Shown here one piece after another: positions 13,301 through 25,686 of a stretch of DNA of 64,000 nt. The first letter of the stretch is position 1; the number at the start of each line of letters is the position of its first letter. The translations under genes and the position numbers were made by a program. This DNA comes from Phoronis australis (taxonomy: Eukaryota; Animalia; Phoronida), in NCBI GenBank assembly GCA_002633005.1, contig NMRA01000791.1:69881-133880 (forward strand). Reading direction: 5' to 3'. Under the pieces are notes generated by a model, which saw nothing but the letters and a program-made list of their open reading frames with translations, made no database searches and was not told the origin of the DNA.

Positions 13301-16300
13301 TTTACTACACTGCCAGACAGCTCAGATAGGTACATGTAGCCGGCCTACTCACCAGGCCATCCCCGTCACCAGTTGAGACTGGCCAACTTATCCCAATGGG
13401 ACCTCCAGAATTCTCCTTTCACAAAAACCGTCTGTTGTGAGCTAAATTTTAAAAAGCAATCCATTTGATTTTAATTGGCATTTCTCTGAATTCTCGTTTC
13501 AAAAAACCGAGAACATACCATCATAATCCTTTTGTGGGTTTATGAACACATCTGCGGTCACTATAATTAAAAACACAAAAAAGCATTGCAGGATCGACTT
13601 AAAAGTAGTCAGGAGGGTCTGGCACTTTCTTATATTCACCACTGTATTCTCGCAGGCCGTTGACGTCATCGCTTTCAGTGTTCCCACCTTCCTCACAGCT
13701 TAACGCGACATCTGTCGACCTGTGTGGTGGACAGAGCACGAGGTGATTCAGACACAGACTGATTAAAATAAAATGAAAGAATACCTTAAATTGCGAGGCA
13801 CATGCCTTTAAGAATGGTATCTACTTTCGTTCTAGGTAGGTATACGTGCACATGTACGACACCCACATTTCTAGGTTTGCAACATGTATATACGCTGGCC
13901 GTAGTTTTCGTTTTAGATATTATAGATGAGGTTGAAATATTCAAGGCCAAGTGACAATCCTTCCCATGATAGATATCAGTTGTTCTCGGTGAGTATCGTG
14001 CACCCTAAACCTTAATAATTTGATTCATGAATATACCATTGATTCAAATACCCCCATTGTATTGCAGATAAATACACATCGGATCAGAAGGCGAAAGTCT
14101 TTGCAGGCATTGCAAAGTTGAGACAGGCAACTTGTTTAAATTTCATTCACTATCAGTCTAGCACCCCTAATGAGCCCTATGTGAGGTTTTCAAGAGGAGG
14201 GGGTGGGTAAGTAACGAGAGCGCAAAAGAATGATGTTGAACATGCAATTATTTTCGAAACTTTCGAATTGTTCAGATGCATTTTCAAATATGATCTCTGA
14301 GAAAATAAAGTTGATACATTGTTCATCTACCATAAAAGAATATTAATAAAATTCTGTATTGACTCGTTCACCCAAACTAAATTCTGCCTGTTGTTATGAT
14401 CATGACTTCTAAGACGTATAAATCCGTTGAGAGATAAAGGAATTAGAAACCTAATACACTTGCTCACAAAACGGTTCTTTGGTTCGAGGTGGGTGCTGTC
14501 TTCCAACGACCGTCAACGTGACCCAAAATTTTGGTTACGCGTGCTGATTTACAAGAATTTATGAATGTGCATGTAATACTGCATTGAGTAAATGGCTGAT
14601 TAACTGCATGGTATTGGCCTGTAGTTGTTGCACTGTTTGTTTTGCCAGACTCATTAACGATTAGGGTACCCAAAAAAGTTTTATATCAAATTGGTCAGTT
14701 GACATGAACCTTCAGTCTAAGGTCTGATATAGAACGCTTACCACTATAAAATTGGTCTTGACTACGCAGGGGAAAAATCTAGGTTTACAAAGAGCTGACA
14801 GTTCGTTATTCCTCGCTGGGCAGATAAAATGACACGCCCTTTCAAGCCAACTTGTTAAGTCTGAAATCAAAGCAATAATGGGCGGTGACTTCTTTTGAGT
14901 CCGTGAAATCATCCTCACTTTGATTATGGCGCAATGGGGGTTCTCTTAGATAGTGATCCGCGTGTTGGCGCTGCCAACAATTTCATTCGATGTCGTCTGC
15001 CTCTCACGGCTCACAGGCGGAGACTAGCCATACAAATGGTGGTCGGTAAAACATTTGAAGCATACACCAATTTTTGTTGCAAATCCAAACATTTGATGAA
15101 TGCCACCACCGTTTGATGACTTCATTTCATTCAACTGAAAACATAGCGTACTGTTTTTCACAACAATAAGAATGCCACACGTGCAAGAAATCCAAGTCCC
15201 TTTGGAAAGATTAACTAAAACTTCGGCAAAACAGATGCGCAAACAATTAGCAGTTTGACAAGCACTCAGAAGTTTCCTTTTTTCACATACTTAAAGCTAG
15301 CCATAAAAGCTCATTTTACATATTGATCACTAGGCGAAAATCGAGTAAACAGTATATTACGCGAGCCAGTGGATCGCCAGGTTCGACCGAAGTCACAGCT
15401 TCTATGGTCGGACAGCGGTTTACAACAACCGGTAGGAAAGCAAGCATAGGTTCTCTGATCGGGCGGCAAAATTTAATGGTTTGGTGCAACAGCGAGAAGT
15501 TTCATCTTCAGTCATAGTCAGTTAGTAACCTTATAATCCCTAAGAGTATCACACAGGGGGTGCTGTGCGTTCTTCGAGTTTATACGCCTTCCCTAGGTGG
15601 CAGCGAAAGGACCCAAATCACTCGGGCGATTGTTTATTAAGGTAATGTTATCGTATCTCAGAAACACGTTAAAACTAATGCTGTTCTTATTTAAAATGAT
15701 TCTACACCAGTTAACCCTGTATTTCATGAATATAAGGTACTCAGCGAATACGACCACTGCTTTTCAATACGAATATTATTTACTCAGTGTAGAAAGAACT
15801 GAAATTCGTATGGACTGAAAGGCTAAAAATTATCTTCTAAATCTGCTTTAGATGTGAGCCCCTCTTATGTGCAGAGTGCACTAAACATTTTTCGTGAGAA
15901 AAGTTCCCCCTCAGGAACTGTCGTCGTAATTCTTGCCTCACAATACAGAGAGATGAGAACGATACATGTACATTTATACATCTATACCTTTACGCCATTG
16001 TCAAAGTATGGAATGTCCAACCAAATGAAGAAATTCGAAAATAATTTTACTTACATTTTTAAGGATACAAAAAAGAAGTAAAAAACAAACATTATACTAC
16101 TGTAAGGGATTTAGCCCACAAGAGCGTCGAAAGGCTCGCAAAGAAAAGAATGTCTGAATGAAGACACACGCCATGCAAGTCTGATTATACACAACAGGCA
16201 GTGCCGGGTAGCGGTCGTGGACTTAATAGGCCTACGCAATCACGAAGTGAGGGATAGGTGGCAATAAAGTTCACCGTTATAGCCGTACTTTAGTGAGGCA

Positions 16301-19300
16301 GGATGAAAAAGTCCGACTCCCAGGCTCGTTGACTTTGCTTTCCCATCCAATGATTGATAATGAGTATTTTTACCCCCATTATACTACTATTCTGTCACGG
16401 TAACTAACTGTCACCATCATTCGAACAAATCGAAACCTAATCAAATTGCAGTGTTGTTATCGTCCACAGCCATTGACGTGAAGTTCTTCCTGTATCTATT
16501 TTGGTCGGTACCCCCTTATATAAGAAAATCACCAAAGGCATTCCATTTCAGACCAATTTCATAGAGGAAATTTAGTTTTGCGATGGGTGGTGGTTTTAAA
16601 GCAGCTTCAACGTAAAGAAATAGCGCTCTTGAATATTTCCAGGTGTTCCGCTTCTGTTGGTAAGAAAAGAAGCAGAAGTCCAAGATATCGGATTTCGGGT
16701 GTCAACCTTGGCAACAGTGGTGACGCGTGTCTGGATGTAAGTATTCAAAGTATTTCGTAAATTAAAACAAATCCAGCCTCCGCAGTCGTCTGCTTCCATA
16801 TGTCACATGTAGCACTTAGGAATACTTGACCGATGAACTGCTGTGAAGATTCGAAATTTCCACATTATTGTAGGATATCTATACCTAAAAGACGCCATTC
16901 TATGAGCTTGTCCTCGTAGATGTTCTTTCCATAACAAAATTTGTACAGTTTCGAGGATGTCTCCAGAAGGTAGTTAATTTGCGGCTCGGTTCCTCTTGAC
17001 GTGTTACCTGTACCAGCTCACGCTTTCTCTTGGTATGACCGTGCACGTTGAAATGCTTTCAACCTAATACAATCTGGAACGTAATTGTACATAGTTTTTC
17101 TTTTGTATAAAATTACACATGCCATTTCTATTTTCACTCATTTCTTCATAGCCTTCATTCATTAAATTTGCGATTGTTTAAGATTGAGACAGTGGTACAT
17201 GGAATCCGGATCACCTTCAAAAATGCCTGTGTTCACCAACGTAAACATAATTCGAACCGTTATCGTTCATACATGTATTTCTATTTTAGAAAGTGCATAC
17301 CTTATTGCTGTTATTCCATTGGGTCTCTTCATTATTTCATTTACAATCGTTTTAGATTGGGACAGTCGTACATGAAATTGGTCACGCTATCGGTCGATGG
17401 CACGAGCAGAGTCGAGAAGATAGAGGAGCCTTTGTAGATTTCAACCTTGACACTTCGGGAGATGCTTCGCAGTATTGGGTTAGCTCTGGGGAATATAGAG
17501 GACGTTCCTTCGTACCCTACGACTACACCAGCATAATGCATTATGGTTCACGGGTACTGTTATAAATATTGCCTTGCTTACACGATCATGTACGAAAAAG
17601 GGTGTGCAAAATGGCTTCGTGAAACAACAAATAACATGATGAGGAAATAAATAAAAATACAGAGTCAACTATATTTATTATCACGAGCTAGAATTTACGC
17701 GAATCACCTTTGCGGGTTTATGTTTGTTTTCACTTCTATTCCTGCTCATGTTTACTAGTACATGTAGTTGCTGAAAAACATGTTCTCCGATTTCAAACTT
17801 TGCATATTGCTTTAATTCGCCAAAATGAAATAATGTATTCTTGGATGAACCTTAATTTGTTTTATAAAATCATATTCCATGTTTACTTCAGGGTTTTACA
17901 GTAATAAACGAAGACGGCATGCGGGCCCTAGACGCAGATTTAACTTTCTTAATGAACGGCGCCGGACTACTGTCGTATTACGACCAGAAAGTTCTAAACC
18001 TAGCCTACAATTGTTCCCGTAAGTATAACTCGACCAAAACAATGAAGTCTACCCGTTCTCTTAATTGATGTGATTCCATACTCGCCGAATTGCTGTTGAA
18101 ACGATTACAAGGATTGACTGACTGAACATCAATTTGGCTCTACATACATGAAAGTCTTGATAGTCATTCGACGTCAATTGGTTGCATTGCACATTTTTGA
18201 GAGCTTGGAACTTCCGATTAAATAGATTGGCACTTTGCCCATTGGATGGTTTATTAATAATTTGTGTGGCTGGGTTGGAGTCACAACTGCAATTGTAATA
18301 ATAACCGATAGTTAGTTGCCACATTTGCGGTTGAGATCTGCAATATTTTATGACGACTTGAGGTAAAATGGTCACCCTTGAAAGCTCAATATTTTATCCT
18401 GATAGAAATTTTAATTAAAAAATAGTAAGCCATTCCATTCAGAATGGGACCCTAAATGACATGCTTTTCTTAAAGAGGAACCAGGAAAATAATGCAAATG
18501 GTATCTCATTAAATGTGAATTACAACCGGCCTACATGTATCTCTGACAGAGAAACTGGATTAAGTTCACTTAAGTCTACGGTAAGATTTGTCGCAACTTC
18601 CAAGCTTTGAAACTTCCGCATCCGGTAAGTTAGTCAAATCTTAAGTAAAAAATTTAAGTCAAAATTGAGATTACTTTCTTGAAATGGAGTTAGACAAATT
18701 TAAGTTTTATCTTAAAATTGGCTGAAATATGGGATTTGTCGTAGCTGCAACGGGCTCTAGGAATGCAATAGACAACTTGAACATTTAAATAGCGTTTGGT
18801 TCTGATGAAATTCCAAATGAAATGATCGAGTCCTATAATATCTTTGACGTTATTGCCAGTTATTTGATCACATGTTTCTCCACCGGCATGGTACCATCTC
18901 TACGGTTGAAATGTGTTATTGTAAGAATCCCGAATAGCTCTGCTTATGATCCTTTTGTTCTGTTTAATTACATGGTAATTTTTATTGTAAACGTTTAAGT
19001 TAATCGGCGAGGTATTGCTATGCCAAATCTAATAACTTCCTAGTGGATGAGTAAAATGGTTTAAAAAAAAAGTTCCGTGAGGACTACAAGTTTGTTTTAT
19101 CATTCATTGTAAAAAATTTACTGAAATTCAAGCGAAATAAATTTTCTTGCTTTATTGACTTTTAAAAGGCTTTCATCTGAGTGGAAACAGACCTTCTCCT
19201 GAAACGGTTTGACAAATAAGTTATTAGGAATCAGTATTTTGTAATGAAGCCTCTCCTCGAGAACACATCGGCCTGTATTCGCAAGAAAATATGAACTTCG

Positions 19301-22300
19301 TTATTAATGGTTCGTCTTGCGAAATGAAAACCTAAATCCCAAGAAACAAGTGAGATAAAGGTTTTTCGACCTAACTCGAATCAAGACCCTGGACTGACTT
19401 TCTTGTGAAAGGATCATTCTTGCTATGGGGTCTTCCACTTTTACTACACTGAAGTTCCCACCAGATGGCGAGGACTAGTCTGCGTGTTATGTACCAAACA
19501 GTATACACCCGTTGTAACGTTTCGTTTTTCGGTGTTCTAAAAGGCACCCACAGTGTTTTATTTCTAGTAAAGTATTTTTTGTGTACTTGAAGGTGGTTGT
19601 TCCATCAGAAGCTGTGAAAATGAAGGATTTGTGACGAAACAGTGTAGGTGCAAGTGTCCACCGTTTGTCGGAGGATTAAGGTGTGAGCGCGTGACTACAG
19701 GTTGGTACACTGAGAACAAGTGCTACAAAGTGTGACTTGTCAGTATATTTGACAGTTCTTAGGCATCTGAATTTGCGGCCAATTTCTCAGTTGCTACCCA
19801 GCAATGCCTAATTGCAACCGGGGTCGCCATCTGGGAGTAGAGTGCAGCTACAGCACATTTTGTAAGAGACACCAATTAAATGTTTCTGCAGTTTTTGCTA
19901 GATAATGCATGGACTCGTGGGTTTGGGACCTCATGGCATTAATTTTCATGTATAACATTAACAAATTGCAACTACTTAAAATGCATATTGCTCACGAGGA
20001 ATTTTGAAGAGAGGTTGATAACGCTTTGAGCCCCCCAGGTGTCTGTGAATGCAAGAGAACTAGTGCCAATGCAACCCATTCATTTCCACTGGTTACAATG
20101 TCGCCTATTAGACCTATAAAACCTTGCGCTATGTCCAGTAAATGGTAATTATTACACGAGTGGAAAGTTGTAATACTTTGAAATATTTTGACAGGATGTG
20201 GTAGAGTAGTAAATGTTCGAGACAATGTTATCATCAAGTCACCGGGATATGACCAAGGCTCCTATCAAAACGGACTCAAGTGTGCATGGATTGTGAAAGT
20301 AAGCTAAATACATGTACTTACATTTAATCTTATTTTTTATCAATGTGTTCTAATTATAGTGTGAGTTTTCACCAGAAGCTGAATTCTTATTAATTACAAG
20401 TCCAGGAAGACCTTACGAGCACATAGGGAATTGTGCCTCATTATAAACTTTTTGTTACAATGAATTGCCAACGCGTGAAAAAAGAAGGACCCCTGGCAAG
20501 CATTTGATATTCATGACATGTGTATTTGTTACAGCAGCATGCTAAACTATACTAAATATACAGTTTTGTATTTTGACGACAGTTTTCCTACAGCCAGCTG
20601 GCTGGCTAGATCAACTATATCTGCATTTTTCTAGAGCCCGCCAAAGACTATAATGAAGTTGGAGTTTCTAGATTTTAACGTAGAGGACGATCTTGCAAAT
20701 TCTCTTTGCAAAGATAGCTTGGAAGTGCGACACCTTGGTATGGGAATGTCGGGATTAAGGTAAAGCAAAAGTAGAGGATTGGTGTCACCCACCCAAGAAG
20801 TTTTTACGTGTTTGTAAATGTGCTACGATGGGAAGCCTGTGTGTTTGTTACAATAATAATAGTTTGAAGGAATCCATCCCAATGGATGGTTTCGGTTGGT
20901 ATCTACAGTACGAGACACAAGTAATTACACAAAATATATTTACCATTGATTTCCGAGGGTCTTTTCATAGGTAGTCATTGAAGTGAAATGTTCGCTCCTC
21001 TTCGGGGTCTGTTCTCCGAGTCTGAATGTCCAGTAGTCTGAAGCAGCCCTTGCATACTCTCAACATGCATTCCGCGGTCCAAAGCACTTTTGTACCATTA
21101 ATTTTGTTAGTACACTCTGTAGGTATAAAGGGTTTCGTGAAATCTTCATAAAGTTTGCTCAGTCCGACGGTAATTTTGATTAATAGCGGTAGCTTGTTTT
21201 CTGCTAGTTGCAAAAAGGTTTTTTCTGCCGTAAATAGCGAATGTATATAAGGTCGGCAAGTCAGTAAGTATTATGTCACAAACATACACGATATTCTGAT
21301 CAACAAATGTTAGATGACACACCTTTCTTGCACTGCAGGTTGTGTGGTGACCAAATGCGTCGCAAATTTGAGACTCGTTACAACAGTCTGTTGTTGATTT
21401 TCCGATCGAACAGTAACAATGGACGCAAAGGCTTTAAACTAAAAGTTAAAGTTGATTCCGAGACCGGTAAGTAGAGAAGAATGCATTGAAAATGTAAATA
21501 AAACGAGATACACGATATGCTGTGGTCATGAATGCGCAGAAGTCAAAGTCTGAATGAAGCAACGCCGGTATAGACATACACCCAACATGCAAATCCGACT
21601 AATACCGACAGCGCAATGCTTGCGGTCATATAGGCTCAAGCAAATATACGAGAATGAGGATAGATGGCTTTTAAAGCTTACTGTTACCGACCTACTTCAT
21701 TGCGGCTGAATGAAAAGAAATACTAAAGAAGATCCAAAAGCGGACTTTAGCCTTTCACGAGCAAACGTTTGATGTTTAATCTATACCGTCAGTTTTGTTT
21801 TTCGTATAAGGTAGTAATAGCACTGCCACTGTTTTCGCTCATCTGGTTTAGTGACTGCCCTTGATTAACTTCGCCGTTTCAGCGATGTCAACCGGCTAAG
21901 ACACCGGAGTAGTCTGTAATCCGGAAGTCGTCATCTAGAACCAATGGGATCTCTTACCCCACTGACCTGGCGGAACCGGCTAAGTCAATCAAGTGTACCC
22001 AACGTATGATCTCCACTCCAAGTCACGCACTTCGAAAGCTAAAACTTGACGAATAATTCTCGCGCTGATACGTACAAGCCTTTTGGATTAAGCTCAATAC
22101 TACGAAATGATACAGTAACTCAGTGCTACAATTCCAATTTGTTCACATGTTAAAACATGTGAACAAATTTTTTCTTAGAAACAGCTATCTCACAGAATAA
22201 CCGAGTACGGTTTTCAAAATTGGCGCAGGCAAAGTGGTAAAGGGCTCAGTTTGTCCAACCCAATTTACCACTACCAAATACATGTATTTCTTCATTTTTG

Positions 22301-25300
22301 CTGTTACAAAACTAAGGAACATTGCTGTTCACACCACATCTTTAAGTCAAACAATCATTACAGCTCGCGTTTCAAGAATTCTGCACATTTTTCAATTATC
22401 AGACGAATTTCGTCACAACAAAAGCCGTCTGTCACCCCCTTTGAGGTTCTGTACAACTCAAGTGGAAATCTTAGTTTCAAGACAAAGCTTTAATTTACAC
22501 CCCGCAGTACAACGTGTAAAATGCACTTTGATGGCTGTAATTACGTATATCTTGGAAGCAATACAATGTCTTAATTGCTTTTTACGAGTGCCAGTTCACT
22601 ATATTGGAGCCTCTGTAAGGATGCCATATGCTCCGTCATCACGATATTCCTGCATCCTTGCATGTTTCAGATTGTCGATCCAATCCTTGTCAAAATGGAG
22701 GCGAATGCAAAACCAACGAAATCGGTATGGCTTACTGTAAATGTGGCGAAAGAATGTCGGGTCGTTGGTGCGAAAGAGGTAGGTTGTTGCAAGAGAGTTT
22801 GCTTTCACTTCTGCTTACGCGAGCGAAACCTTTGTCCCCACGCGTTGATCTCAGTATATTCCAAAGACCATTTGGGTGTTCACAAACTCAGAAGAAAATT
22901 GGGACAAAATCGCCATCTTGTTGCATGATCTAGCATCTGTTCTATAGCCAAGCACATGGAAAATCCGCATGAGGTTATAAAAAACACTGTAAAATATAAA
23001 ACACAGTCGTATCATTTACTTTGTACATCGCTGGTTGCTTTCAGAACATCTTAAAAATAAAAAAAAATGTTTGCAATTTTGATACCGTGGTGCTTTACAA
23101 TCACCATAGTTATAAATGCAAACAGACGACCGGTTACTCGGCTGGAATGCCGCATGATTGACGTCTGTTGTAATGCCTGTGATAAAACATATACATGTAC
23201 ATAGGGCTGCTATATTGGTTGTAACTCACGAGTGTGGGAACTATCTCATCCAACCCGGTGAAGTGCTCCTATCATCAACGATAATATACATACAAGTCTC
23301 TAACTAGATTCATCATGATGTCCGATATATGAGTAAATGTTCCATGTTTCGCGTCCACAAATCAATTGAAACAATTACCAGAAACTTTCGGCTTCTTAGA
23401 TATATCATGACTGAAGCCTTCACCCGTGTGATGTCTTGCCGCTAGACGTCGCTAGGAGTAATACAGGGTTATACATACGGCAGAGTCTGTGAACACCATC
23501 GTTTCTGTTCACAGGAATACGCTGTTGTAAAATGCAGACGGTTTCCCCGAATCTTCCTGCATAATCATTAACTTTTGTGTCGATTAAAATTGGCATCCAA
23601 CCAATCCATTACATGATTTTGTTGAACAACTTGATTTGTAATAGTAGATTTGTGGAACTTGTTTCAGGATTCTTTTCTTGGAGCTCTTGTAAATGTTTTT
23701 TTTTCATAAATTTTCCTCGTTTTTATTTGTTTATTTAGTTTGTAGCCAAAAAAATTCGCCGTCACCATCATGTACATGTAGGACCTCTTGTTGGAGCCAC
23801 ATGTAATACGGTACATCACTCCACCGGTGTTTTCCACAGAACGTCTAATCCTTCAAGTGGATCAGTTCTTGTGCCTTTTGACACAGGTTTCATGGCAGTC
23901 GCGATGTCAAGTTTTGTGAAAGTGTATCCGAGGGCCTCTTATATGCCTTCGACATACGGGATGACTGCACCATTTCTTCTTGCTTACGTTTACTAGTAGG
24001 CTTACGAGGTTCAAAAACTTTCCTCTGGGGAGGAGATATCGTCAGCGTTGTTGATTCCAAGGGATTCGAAAAGCGAACGGGAGGCGCACAAGTAGTTCAC
24101 CAATTGAAAGATATACTGATCGTTGGTATAAAGAAGGATAAGGTTACCGTGAAACTTGGTAAGTCTGACTATGAAAGCAACATCCTCAGTGACGCTTACG
24201 ATACCTGCAAGAGGAAAACAATTGGACCCTCAAAATCAAATGAGGCCACTTTGCAATAATAAAACTACCTCTGTCCTACTTCTGAAAGTGTACCTATGTT
24301 ATATTGTACGACAAAGATTCGCAAAGATGGTGCCCCACTAAATGCCCATAGTGAACTGTACAGGTTCTACTAGGTTACAACCTATCGCGATCGTAATCAG
24401 ATTTCTGAGCTCCTGTAGTTGAGAACTCGATACAGACAACTCAAAATCGTTTCTGGAAGACATGAAGTGCTTCATCATCAAACATTGTAAAGCTATGATT
24501 TCTCAGTTCGTAGTTTCCTTGCTTACCAAGACCATTTTGCTGACACTTTGAAATAATAAGGGACCGTTTGAATGGTGACGATACTCCGAGTCAGAGAACT
24601 AACGTACAGGGAAGGGGTATTTAATAATATTGTCGGATTTTGTCCTTAACATGACATATTTTGACTATGGAGACAGAAATAGGTACATGTAGATAGCCTT
24701 GAATCCCAATGCAATTTGTTCATGGAAAACACCGAACATGAGATCATTACTACAGCCCCGATAGAGCTAAGTACTAAAACATGGAGGAGATATTTCCACG
24801 TTGTGTTTCAAAATGAGAGGAAAGACTGTCCAACTAACCCTCCACTTGAACGGCTGCGATCCCTCGGGCAGTCTAAAATTCACATACATGACTGTATGAT
24901 CGAACAGTTGTTATTAAGTTTATTGGACATTAAGGTAATCAGATAGGAAGGAGGTTCCCTCGAGTTCTCTGCTTTTTGTAAAATGACTCATTCAGATCAT
25001 TACTTAAATTCAGGGCGCACCATCCATTACCACCAAAATGTTGGTGTCGGGCTTACCTATTTGAACAAGAATCCCAATCTGGTTTCTGAATCACGAGATC
25101 AATTACTTAAAGAAAACATATTGTTGATGCATTATGCAAATGTAGATGCCCAAAGTATACTTTTAAAAAGTCAGACGGATTCTTTTTAATCTCGTCAGCC
25201 TAAGTACAGATTAACATAGAGGAATGGTAGTCAACAGAATGTCAGAGTCCTTCTAGGAAGTTTTACATTAGGACTGCCATGAAACCAGTGTCAACAATTA

Positions 25301-25618
25301 GAAACAACAGGTACACCTGAATGAAGAACTATATGGAGAAGACAACAATAGAGTGGTGACCAGTATTCTATGTGGCTCCTACGACAGCTGCTATGTGGAA
25401 GAGACGGCGAGAGAAATAGCCAGTGAAAAATATTATCTTCAAGAGGTGCAAGAAAAGAATCATTAATCAGTTCCACAAATATGCAATCAAAGATACTGTT
25501 GATCAACAAAATCATGTAATAAATTGGTCGGGTATCACCTTACTCTACAGCTAACCTGATGATTATTCAAGAAGAATTAGGGAGGTGACCTGGAATTCAC
25601 AACAGCGAAGCCCTATAA

Positions 25619-25686
<68 letters not shown>

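Larger units (their letters stand above)
7800..14755 (+). repeat. Copy B intron 1 to intron 3 region duplicated at about 54440-61310 (copy C)
   Basis: Collinear similarity with copy-specific indels. Confidence 0.85.

Noticed and set aside
23221-23307. [19 protein letters not shown] resembling a CUB N-terminus (possible lost exon)
   Set aside because: No convincing splice sites, early stop, similarity too weak.
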